This document shows positions 18,992-28,138 of a stretch of 44,573 nt of DNA, in pieces. Position 1 is the first letter of the stretch; the number at the start of each line of letters is the position of its first letter. The notes beneath the pieces are model-generated. The model was given only the letters and a program-made list of their open reading frames with translations, had not been told where the DNA came from and did not search any database. The DNA is from Promethearchaeota archaeon (GTDB lineage: Archaea > Asgardarchaeota > Lokiarchaeia > Sigyniarchaeales > SOKP01): the NCBI GenBank assembly GCA_004524535.1, contig SDNY01000015.1, positions 1-44,573 of the forward strand. The letters are read 5' to 3'. The translations under genes and the position numbers were made by a program.

Positions 18992-19291
18992 CTAATCGAG
19001 ATGATTAATAAAATACTTATACTCAAGATTCATGTCCATAAATCTTTTCTTAAATTTTGCTCCATCTACTTTCTCTTTAAACTTTTCGTTCACTTCTAGT
19101 TTCTTAGGTTTAAAAACTTTCGTTACTGATGCTATGAGCACGTTATCATCCATAATGTCAACTTTGAATTCCCATTTGGAACCTATTTCATTTTCTTCAA
19201 ATTTCATAGGAGCAATTCCTTGTACCAGAACATAATCCTTCTTAAAATTGCGATCAAGGCTTATATCAGGATCCTGTATAAATTTCGCCAA
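18992..19291 (-). CDS. Hypothetical protein
   Basis: 99-aa ORF, TTG start behind GAGG; coding-like composition. Confidence 0.65.
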   Translation of the reverse strand: MAKFIQDPDISLDRNFKKDYVLVQGIAPMKFEENEIGSKWEFKVDIMDDNVLIASVTKVFKPKKLEVNEKFKEKVDGAKFKKRFMDMNLEYKYFINHLD

Positions 19292-19374
19292 ATTTTTTCC
19301 TCTTTTTCCTTTTATTAAATTAATTTTTGATATTAATTATATTAGAAATATAATAAAAAAACATTTTTTTTTTT

Positions 19375-20001
19375 TTATATAATTCCTAATCCAATAAGTA
19401 GAAATAAAGGTATTAGGGTAATCATAGCAAGTAACAATAAAACTTTCCTTTTTTTATTAATATCTTCAATATCATATACCCAGTATGCTATTAGAAAAAA
19501 GCTAAAATAACCAAAGATGACTAATGGACAACTCGCACTCCACCACCAATAGTCCCATGTTAAAGCTCCAATAAGATTTAGACAAATTTCAAAAACCAAA
19601 CTTATTACTGCAAAGATTCCCGCCATAAGGATTCGATTATTTAAACCGAAAAATTTTTTCTCTTTATCCTCGGGAAGAAACTTCGATGTCGCAAGTCCAA
19701 TTAGACAAAACATAAATAATAACTCAATATTTAGCCCGATAAGGAACAAATATGCTGTTCCACCAGGTGCCGCCCAGAGAGGGGCATGCTGTGTTGCAAC
19801 AAAGAATATAGAATTGATAACTTCAGCAAATGTGTTTAACATCAAATAAGTTAACCCAGCAGCGATTCCATTCCAATTCTTCTTTTCATATTCACTAGCA
19901 TAGATATAGAAGACAATTAGGAAAATTGCAATAATATACCATTGAAAATTAGAAAAATCTCTAAGAATTGCTAATGCTTGCTTTGTATTTGATGTAACCA
20001 T
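19375..20001 (-). CDS. Hypothetical multi-pass membrane protein
   Basis: About 6 TM helices; QALAILRD..FQWY, APLWAAPGGTAYLFLIGLNIE. Confidence 0.75.
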   Translation of the reverse strand: MVTSNTKQALAILRDFSNFQWYIIAIFLIVFYIYASEYEKKNWNGIAAGLTYLMLNTFAEVINSIFFVATQHAPLWAAPGGTAYLFLIGLNIELLFMFCLIGLATSKFLPEDKEKKFFGLNNRILMAGIFAVISLVFEICLNLIGALTWDYWWWSASCPLVIFGYFSFFLIAYWVYDIEDINKKRKVLLLLAMITLIPLFLLIGLGII

Positions 20002-20526
20002 GGTATATTAAAAATAAAATCTAATAATAAATTTTTTATTTTTTAAAATTAGCTTTATTTTCGAGGATACACACTTTATTGTTAAATTTGATTTTGATTC
20101 TTTCCGGTATTCTATTAGCTGTACAATAATCACTCTCAATTTATTATTTTAAAAATTAAAAATATTATTTAATTTCTTATCTGAAAGATAACATGGATTT
20201 ATTTTTAATAAAAACATTAATCAAGACTTCTTTCTTTAGAAATCTCCAAATTTTATCATTATCATATTATACATTAGAGTAAAAGCTTAAATATTTGGAA
20301 ATTAATAGATTATTTAAAGCCATTAGAATTTCTATAAATTCTTGTGATATTTATAGAAAAAATGTAAATTAAAGTGATACTTAATAAAGATTAGTAAGAA
20401 AAAAAAAAAATTTATAAAAGGAAAACAACCAATATTAAACTAATCTCATTAGATATTAAAATAGGAAAATTGAAATTTATAAAATCACTACAACTATAAC
20501 TGATAGAAAAATATGAGGAAGTTTAT

Positions 20527-20730
20527 ATGCAAATAACAAAAAAAAAGTTAAAAGAAGAAATTCTCAAAGTTCTAGCAGAGGTAGCTGATGATTTAAAAAA
20601 AGCACCCGATATGGAAGGTTTTATGAACAATTATAAAGATGCAATAAAAAAAAATGAAGAACTTGATGAAAAAATAAAACAGACTCAATTAATTAGCGAT
20701 CAGTTTTTGCTTCGTCGTTTTACAATTTAG
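20527..20730 (+). CDS. Small helical protein preceding a papain-like protein
   Basis: GAGG upstream; 67 aa ending FLLRRFTI; 14 nt before the next gene. Confidence 0.65.
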   Translation: MQITKKKLKEEILKVLAEVADDLKKAPDMEGFMNNYKDAIKKNEELDEKIKQTQLISDQFLLRRFTI

Positions 20731-20744
20731 TTTTTTAAGGAAAT

Positions 20745-22304
20745 ATGGACCAAATTGCTAATCCAGATTCGTTTTTTAAAATTTTTAATTTTGAGAATTA
20801 TTCTGAAGTTTTAAAATTTGAATCCTTAACTTATGATGATTTAACAAATAACTCGAACATTAAAAACATTTATACATTTTTAGAAAATCAAAATTGTAAA
20901 GAAATTATTATCGAAGCCCATTACAATGATAAATTCTATCTAGATGATTATTTGCATTTTTATGGTTCCTGTTTTCAATCGTATAAACGATTTTGTAAAA
21001 GATTGCATTTTTTCACAGCATCAGTGAAAAATTTAATTATTGAAATTATTGATAATTACGAGGAGGATAATACAGAAAAACTAAACGAACTCCAGAATAA
21101 TTATTTAGGATTCCTGATAGTAAGACCTTTAAACACAATAATTGGAAGAACTGCTATTACATTTTCATCCGCGAATAATAATATAGATATAGGACATAGA
21201 TCTAATTTTGCCCATATTTTTACACTAAAGACTTATAATGTTAACCTCTTAGGCATTCCACTTGTTGTAAAGAGTCTAGGATTTCAAGAACAAGATCAGA
21301 CTATTTCTGCATGTGCCACTAGTGCTTTATGGACTATTTTAGAGAAAACAAATCCAAGGTTTGGCTATTATACTCCAACACCTTATGAAATCACTCAAAA
21401 AGCAAGTGAATTTATTTCTATTTCTCGAGCAATCCCATCTTCTGGTTTAACGGGGATGCAAGTAATGAATTCAATAAAAAAATTTGGGCTTGAAGCAGAA
21501 TTTATGTCTATCTCTGAGGAGAATACATTAGGTATAAAGATTGATAGAAATGCGGTCCTTTCTTTATGCTATGCTTATTTAAAAGGAGGATTTCCATTAT
21601 TTTTAGCATTAAAAATAAACGATTCAGATTATCATGCTACTGCTATATTAGGTTATCATCTCAAGGATGTTATCCCTCCAAATCAGGATTTTAATACAAT
21701 TGCCAATCGTATTGATTGTTTTTTTGTTCATGATGACATTGTTGGGCCATTCACTCGTTATTATGTAAAAGATGATCTATCTCTTTATTTAAATAAGGAA
21801 GAATCTCATCATAATTATGTAAAAGTAGATCCCCTGTATATAGTTATACCAGTATATCATAAAGTAAGATATCCCTATAGTAAAGTATATTCAATTCTAG
21901 GTAAGCTAATGAGAATGATGAATATGATTGATCGTGATAAAAAATATTCCCTTGAATGGGATTGCTATTTAACAACCGTTAATCAATATAAAAAATCTCT
22001 TATTAGCCCATCTTTTATAATAGATGAAAAATTAAAAAGAGATTTATTATTTAAATCATTTCCTCGATTTTTTTGGAAATGTACTCTTTTTATAAATAAA
22101 ATTGTTGCTCAAATTGAGCTGTTAGTAGATGCAACGGAAGGTCCCAACTCAATGCCCTTTTTTAAAATGTACCCTATAAATGATAATATATATTGGCAAA
22201 AAATTAAAACATTCATAAATGAGGCTGAAAACCATACTTTAATCCAATATTTGAAATCTCCTAGATTAGTTCAATTTCTTCAAGATGAAATTAATAAATT
22301 TTAA
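20745..22304 (+). CDS. Hypothetical protein with papain/C39-like cysteine-peptidase motifs
   Basis: FQEQDQTISACATSALW (Gln...Cys), YHATAILGY (His), FVHDDIVGPF (Asp). Confidence 0.7.
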   Translation: MDQIANPDSFFKIFNFENYSEVLKFESLTYDDLTNNSNIKNIYTFLENQNCKEIIIEAHYNDKFYLDDYLHFYGSCFQSYKRFCKRLHFFTASVKNLIIEIIDNYEEDNTEKLNELQNNYLGFLIVRPLNTIIGRTAITFSSANNNIDIGHRSNFAHIFTLKTYNVNLLGIPLVVKSLGFQEQDQTISACATSALWTILEKTNPRFGYYTPTPYEITQKASEFISISRAIPSSGLTGMQVMNSIKKFGLEAEFMSISEENTLGIKIDRNAVLSLCYAYLKGGFPLFLALKINDSDYHATAILGYHLKDVIPPNQDFNTIANRIDCFFVHDDIVGPFTRYYVKDDLSLYLNKEESHHNYVKVDPLYIVIPVYHKVRYPYSKVYSILGKLMRMMNMIDRDKKYSLEWDCYLTTVNQYKKSLISPSFIIDEKLKRDLLFKSFPRFFWKCTLFINKIVAQIELLVDATEGPNSMPFFKMYPINDNIYWQKIKTFINEAENHTLIQYLKSPRLVQFLQDEINKF

Positions 22305-22401
22305 ATTATAGATATTGAAAGATTTATATTTCAATTTCAAAAATTATAATAATTTTTTAAAAAAACAATAAATATTTTTATTAAAAACCTTAATCACATT
22401 A

Positions 22402-23082
22402 ATGAGTCAATTTTTTACACTATATACATATACACCTTGGGATGGCCTTAAAACAAACGAATTGTCTCAAGTTAGATTATTATCATTGAAAAGTATACTT
22501 AAAAGTTTCCCAGTAATAGAAAAAGAATTTTTCGACGATTTAAAATCAAAAATTAATGATTACGTTCATTATTCAATTACATCATGTATTAGAAGGATTG
22601 TTGGACCAAATAATGAAGATTACGATATTTCAAGTTTTAACTTTATTTGGGCATTGGACGACCAAAATCGGATGTATCAATTTTTATTTCAAAATATTAA
22701 GAAAAAGGACAATTTACAATCAATTTTAGTCGCACTAGCGCCCCCAGAACTGGGAAAATTATTTTCTGAATATAAGGAAGAAATTATTCACCGTATTTTT
22801 TCTCTCTTAAATAAACCTTCAAAAATTAAATTTTTAATGATTCTAATTCATAAGGGAAAATCCTTAGCTCAAGAGCACCAAACACTCCAGTATTATAAAG
22901 AAAATATGGAAAAATTTAAATTTATTAATAAATTAGAAAATATGCCCAATATTCGAGGGCAGTGGTACCCGAGTTATCACCCACGCTGTCCAGTGTGTAA
23001 TACTTATATGACGGAATTAGATGGATACAAAGTGGGTCTTGGGAGGCTTATCTGTCCTAAATGTGGTTTTGAAAAAGAATAA
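22402..23082 (+). CDS. Hypothetical protein with C-terminal zinc ribbon
   Basis: CPVC...CPKCG at the C-terminus. Confidence 0.75.
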   Translation: MSQFFTLYTYTPWDGLKTNELSQVRLLSLKSILKSFPVIEKEFFDDLKSKINDYVHYSITSCIRRIVGPNNEDYDISSFNFIWALDDQNRMYQFLFQNIKKKDNLQSILVALAPPELGKLFSEYKEEIIHRIFSLLNKPSKIKFLMILIHKGKSLAQEHQTLQYYKENMEKFKFINKLENMPNIRGQWYPSYHPRCPVCNTYMTELDGYKVGLGRLICPKCGFEKE

Positions 23083-23110
23083 TAGTATTTTTAAGATTTA
23101 TGAGGATATC

Positions 23111-23560
23111 ATGATAGCCAAGGAAGAGAATGAAAAATTAATAATTGAAAAATTAATGGGTATCGAGGACTTTCACGAACTAGCGGTTCGAGTTGATGAC
23201 ACTGATCTAATGAGCATTGTACATGCGAATAAATATCTAAACTATTTTGACGATGGATTTATAAGTTTTACATCAAAGATGGGAAAAAATTGTGGAGTTC
23301 TCTATAAACAGGGAATCGTATTTCCTGTAAGAAAAATAGAAGTGGAATATATTAATTCTGCTACATTTGGGGATAATATTTTAATTCATACACGCGTGAT
23401 TAATGTTGGAAATACATCTATGACACTTGCGATGGATTGTTACAAAAACACAAAATCAAAAGATACTTTATTGGTTAAGGGAATAATAGTTCGTTTAATT
23501 ATGGACTTAAAGGAGAATAAGTTGATTAGAATTACAGATTTTTTCAGAGATATAATTTAA
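23111..23560 (+). CDS. Acyl-CoA thioesterase (4HBT/YbgC/FadM hotdog family)
   Basis: VRVDDTDLMSIVHANKYLNYFD, EYINSATFGD, VGNTSM; start reset to ATG 23111 behind GAGGA. Confidence 0.88.
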   Translation: MIAKEENEKLIIEKLMGIEDFHELAVRVDDTDLMSIVHANKYLNYFDDGFISFTSKMGKNCGVLYKQGIVFPVRKIEVEYINSATFGDNILIHTRVINVGNTSMTLAMDCYKNTKSKDTLLVKGIIVRLIMDLKENKLIRITDFFRDII

Positions 23561-23625
23561 TATTTCAAGCAGCAAATTTAAAATTTAAAAACCTTTTGAA
23601 CCACGATGTCCTATCTGTAATGAAT

Positions 23626-24834
23626 TTATGAATTCGATTTAATCCTCTTTATTTTCGTCTTAAATATATTACCAAAATAGATCTTTTTAAGGGTTTTGAT
23701 TGATTTCGGGGATGACTTTCTCTTTTTCTTCTCAACCATTAAAGTTAAAATCATACTTATAACACCTATTAGAGTCTTTAACGCAACTCTACCCTTATAT
23801 CTTTTATAGAGCATTCTAAGAATAAGACCCATAATGACGTAAATCGGTATAAAAAAGAACCAAAAAGTTATCAAGTTTAATCGCTGATGTAATGGAATGA
23901 AATATGTTAGATAATGGGCTAAGTAGATTGTTAAAGAATAATAAGAGAAATAGAATAGAAATCGATAACTTTTTTCAAATTTAATCTTTTCTTCAAGATA
24001 TATACCAGTTGAGAATAATACTAGTTGTACTCCACAAGAAGAAATTGCCCAAAAGAAATTCGTGGGGTGAATTAAAACCTTTACATCATAATTTGGATGC
24101 CAGAACCACATTCCAAAGATTATAAGAATTGATCCTATAGCTAATAAAGGTATAAAAAGTTTATTTTTGAGTTCCCTCTTCCTTTCAATTGGATTTTCCG
24201 TATTACTTATTTCTAATAATATATCTCCCACAACAGTTCCATAGAGAAGAAATGGAAAAAATCCTAATATTACATCTTGATCGGGAGAATGATAAAAAAC
24301 ATGATACAAGAATCCAAAAAAATTTGGCTGTCCATCATATACGGTTAAGAATGAGAATAATAAAGAATTTACAATCCATACAGCTCCTGAAACACAGATT
24401 CTCGTAATTTTTGAAGTATTTAATAATGGAACTACAAGTAATAAAGATACACCTATTGTTAACAAAACAAACCATGTCCAAATATATAATGGATTCATTA
24501 AAGCTATGGCGATGCACGTATTGAAGATTAAAGCGATTAAAATTATTAAAAACGCACGGAAGATAAAATTATTCTTTACCATTTGTACTGTATAGTTATC
24601 TAATTTTTCCGCCATAATTATTCCTTTTCTATATGAGATAATACCACTTATTCCTGAAATAAATAAAAATCCTGCTGCCCCTATCCATGAAAAAAGAAAA
24701 ACTATTAAATACCAAAACCAACGGCCATCTGGCTGAATCCACCAGTCCATAAGATGTCCACCAATCATATAGAAAATGGCAAATCCGCGGAATATATCAA
24801 TGGTCTTGAATCTTTTATTCTCCATAGAAATCAT
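23626..24834 (-). CDS. DUF1624/HGSNAT-like membrane acyltransferase
   Basis: RFKTIDIFRGFAIFYMIGGH, FLFISGIS, SLTIYLAH. Confidence 0.8.
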   Translation of the reverse strand: MISMENKRFKTIDIFRGFAIFYMIGGHLMDWWIQPDGRWFWYLIVFLFSWIGAAGFLFISGISGIISYRKGIIMAEKLDNYTVQMVKNNFIFRAFLIILIALIFNTCIAIALMNPLYIWTWFVLLTIGVSLLLVVPLLNTSKITRICVSGAVWIVNSLLFSFLTVYDGQPNFFGFLYHVFYHSPDQDVILGFFPFLLYGTVVGDILLEISNTENPIERKRELKNKLFIPLLAIGSILIIFGMWFWHPNYDVKVLIHPTNFFWAISSCGVQLVLFSTGIYLEEKIKFEKSYRFLFYFSYYSLTIYLAHYLTYFIPLHQRLNLITFWFFFIPIYVIMGLILRMLYKRYKGRVALKTLIGVISMILTLMVEKKKRKSSPKSIKTLKKIYFGNIFKTKIKRIKSNS

Positions 24835-25054
24835 TTAAATTTAGTCATTAAAAAATATAAAAGAAATGATAATTAATAGAAAAAAGATCTATTAATATTA
24901 TGTTTATCTATTCCAAAAAAGAAAAAATCCTCCTCATCTAGGAAATTTTTTAAAAGTAGTAATAAGAATTTTTATAAAATAATATGATATTATAACTTAT
25001 ATAGAGAATATAAATCATAATAATAAACGCAATTACATTAAAGAGATTAACTAA

Positions 25055-26590
25055 ATGTTTGTTGCCGCCTTGGATTTAGGAACCACTGGATGTAGAACAT
25101 ATATTTTTGATTTGGGAGGTGTTATAATCGCAAGCGATTACCAAGAATGGGAAAGTTTTTATCCAACACCTTCATACGTAGAACAAGATGCGAATGTATG
25201 GTGGGAATCAATTAAAAAGACAATTGAAACCGCAATTAAAAAAAGTGGAATTGATAAAACCGAAATCGTAAGTCTTAGTGTTACAAATCAACGTGAAACT
25301 ATCGTTCCAGTGGATAAAGAAGGTAATCCTCTTCATAATGCGTTAGTGTGGCAAGATAGACGCACAACAGATCAAGTAGAATTTATTAAAAATAAAATTG
25401 GAATTGATAAAATATATAAAACAACAGGTTTAACAATCGATCCATACTTTTCAGCTACGAAAATACTTTGGTTTAAGGATAACAAGCCGAAAATTTATCA
25501 AAAAACTCATAAGTTTTTACTAGTCTCTGATTTTATTATTTGCAAATTAACTGGACAGTATATTACTGATTATTCTAATGCTTCACGAACAATGTTATTT
25601 GATATTAATAAATTAAGATATGCTGACAATTTAGCTTCTGAAATGGATTTAGATTTAGACAAAATGCCAGACCCAGTTAAAAGTGGAGTAGACATTGGGG
25701 AAATAGTTACAGACGAAACAGATTTTGATAAAAAAACATTAGTAATTACTGGTGCTGGAGATCAGCAATCCGCTGCTTTAGGCGTAGGTGTAGTTTCTCC
25801 CGGTGAAATTAAATGTACTACTGGTACAGGAAGTTTCATTCTTGCTTATTTAAAGGAACCTAATTTCGATCCAAAAAAGAGGGTTTTATGTAGTTGCCAT
25901 GCTATCCCTGGTGCGTGGGTTCAAGAAGCTAGTATATTTACCTCAGGGGCGAGCCTTCGATGGTTTAGAGATGAAATTGGTCATGCAGAAGTTATAAACG
26001 CTGAAGAAGGACAAGATCCTTATGAGTTAATAGATATTGAAGCCCAAAAATCTCCAATGGGAGCAAATGGGCTCCTATTTATTCCACATTTGGTTGGTGC
26101 TGGGGCCCCGTACTGGAATCCTTATGCTAAGGGAGTTCTATTTGGGTTATCGCTAGGTCATGAAAGGAAGGATATTTATAGAGCAGTATTAGAAGGCGTG
26201 GCATATGAAGTAAAGAAAAATATTGAAGTTTTTAAAGAATTAGGAATTGAGCCTAAGGAATTGTTGCTTACTGGTGGAGGGGCTCGATCGGATATCTGGA
26301 ATCAGATTTACGCTGATGTATTAGGAGTTACTTGTGTAAGAAATATAATTGAGGAAGCAACTTCCTTGGGAGCTGCAATATTAGCGGCTTCAGGAGCAGG
26401 ATTATTTCCAGATATATCAAAAGCAGCAGAAAGTTTATGTAAAGTTGATAAAAAATGGCTTCCTAATGAAAATCGACACGCATATTACAGTAAGATTTAT
26501 AATTTTTCATCTAATTTTTATAACTTATTAAAAAGCCAAAATTTGTATAAAAGTTATGATGATTTAACCAAGATTATAGATTCTGATTAA
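25055..26590 (+). CDS. FGGY-family carbohydrate kinase (xylulokinase/glycerol kinase-like)
   Basis: DLGTTG, NQRET, WQDRR, TDYSNASRT, GAGDQQ, RAVLEG, TGGGA. Confidence 0.93.
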   Translation: MFVAALDLGTTGCRTYIFDLGGVIIASDYQEWESFYPTPSYVEQDANVWWESIKKTIETAIKKSGIDKTEIVSLSVTNQRETIVPVDKEGNPLHNALVWQDRRTTDQVEFIKNKIGIDKIYKTTGLTIDPYFSATKILWFKDNKPKIYQKTHKFLLVSDFIICKLTGQYITDYSNASRTMLFDINKLRYADNLASEMDLDLDKMPDPVKSGVDIGEIVTDETDFDKKTLVITGAGDQQSAALGVGVVSPGEIKCTTGTGSFILAYLKEPNFDPKKRVLCSCHAIPGAWVQEASIFTSGASLRWFRDEIGHAEVINAEEGQDPYELIDIEAQKSPMGANGLLFIPHLVGAGAPYWNPYAKGVLFGLSLGHERKDIYRAVLEGVAYEVKKNIEVFKELGIEPKELLLTGGGARSDIWNQIYADVLGVTCVRNIIEEATSLGAAILAASGAGLFPDISKAAESLCKVDKKWLPNENRHAYYSKIYNFSSNFYNLLKSQNLYKSYDDLTKIIDSD

Positions 26591-26681
26591 TAGCTCCATT
26601 TTTTTTTAAAATTATACAACAATTTTAAATATCTTAAAAGTTAATTTTTCAATAATAAAATAATATTTTAGTTGGAAAAAT

Positions 26682-27284
26682 ATGACTGATATAAAACAAT
26701 ACACACAACCACAAAAATTAATAGGCACAATTATTTATGTAAGTTTTGTAATATCATTTATTATGATCATTGGATCGGCAATTTGGGCTCTACTAGATGT
26801 TATAATGGCACGCGGTAAAACGGAGCTCTTTTTAAGGCTTAGTCTTGGGTTTCAAATTGCTATTATTGGGGGGATTTTGGCGGCACTTTTTTTCCTATTG
26901 ATTTTATTCTATGGTTTATTTAGAAGAGGTGTGACTGTTATATTAAATATAATTTTTAGACCAATAGAGCTAGAAGAAAAATTCAAGAATAGAAAAACTG
27001 TAAAACTTGCAGCCGGAGCTTTAATGGTAAGTTTATTTGCGATAATAGTAGGAATCGTAATATCTATTTTTTATGAAATTTTTCGTGCGATAGCTGGGGG
27101 TACTGAGGTATCTATAGCAGGTATCGCAGAAAATCTAAGCGGCGGGCAGATAGCTTTGATAATTAGTATCTTAGTTCTTATAATTACCATATTAACACTT
27201 GCACTCTTCTATATGTGGTTCAATGGCTATGGTCTTATCATTAGACTGTTATATACGCTTGAAGAAGAAGAAGAAGGAAAGTAA
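26682..27284 (+). CDS. Hypothetical 4-TM membrane protein, paralog 1
   Basis: Four hydrophobic helices; ends WFNGYGLIIRLLYTLEEEEEGK. Confidence 0.8.
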   Translation: MTDIKQYTQPQKLIGTIIYVSFVISFIMIIGSAIWALLDVIMARGKTELFLRLSLGFQIAIIGGILAALFFLLILFYGLFRRGVTVILNIIFRPIELEEKFKNRKTVKLAAGALMVSLFAIIVGIVISIFYEIFRAIAGGTEVSIAGIAENLSGGQIALIISILVLIITILTLALFYMWFNGYGLIIRLLYTLEEEEEGK

Positions 27285-27328
27285 AGGAATTATATTAAAT
27301 AAAAAGGATAATTTAAAGGAAAAAATAT

Positions 27329-27922
27329 ATGAATGAGACAGTTACCTATTCAAAAACCCAGAAAATCATCGCTACTATCCTTTATATATCTATGGTTATA
27401 ATAAGCATTATAACCATAGGAGGATTCGTTTATACAATTGCTGACCTAATTATGGCAGAAGGAAAGTTGGAATTATTCCAAGAACAAAATCTAGGAATTC
27501 AGATTGCAATAATTGGCGCTCTTTTTGCTGGGTTATTTATTTTAATAGTGTTAGGTATTGGTTTAAGTACAAAAGGGAGGTTATTTTTTTTAAGAACAAT
27601 TTTTCGGGAGCGTAAATTACACTCTAAATATAAAAATAACCGTATAGTACAAAGTATTACCATTTCATTGTTGGTAAGTATACTTGCTATTATTATTGGG
27701 ATAGTTGTTGCCTTCTTTTATGAACTCTTTATCGAAGTTTCTTTTACCTTCTTACAGGATTTTTCAGATGGGCAGATCCTATTATTTGTTGCACTTCTTA
27801 TATTGATGGTTTTTGGATTAATTGTTGGATTCTTCTATTTTTGGTTCAATGGCTACGCTCTCATTATTAAACTGATATATACGCTGGAGGAAGAAGAAGA
27901 AGATACATTCAAAACAATATAG
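27329..27922 (+). CDS. Hypothetical 4-TM membrane protein, paralog 2
   Basis: Colinear with the preceding gene; ends WFNGYALIIKLIYTLEEEEEDTFKTI. Confidence 0.8.
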   Translation: MNETVTYSKTQKIIATILYISMVIISIITIGGFVYTIADLIMAEGKLELFQEQNLGIQIAIIGALFAGLFILIVLGIGLSTKGRLFFLRTIFRERKLHSKYKNNRIVQSITISLLVSILAIIIGIVVAFFYELFIEVSFTFLQDFSDGQILLFVALLILMVFGLIVGFFYFWFNGYALIIKLIYTLEEEEEDTFKTI

Positions 27923-28138
27923 ACATTCAAAAATTGAAGATTTATTTAATTTTATCCTTTTTTTTTAATGCTAGAAAAATCTCCAAAAGAAGAAGATAAC
28001 TAGAATTAAAATTTTTTATTCTTTTTTAATTTCAATTATAAGTCAGAAAATTACTACTCTTATTTTCTTTAAATTCAATCGTCTTTATAATTAAAGTCAA
28101 GTACATAAAATAACTTAAATTTCTTTACTAAAAAAATA

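Noticed and set aside
20002-20526. Long AT-rich intergenic region as ncRNA, origin or pseudogene
   Set aside because: No convincing ORF, repeat array or stable structure seen; consistent with divergent promoters
23021-23110. Longer thioesterase start
   Set aside because: Overlaps the upstream gene; GAGGA precedes ATG 23111
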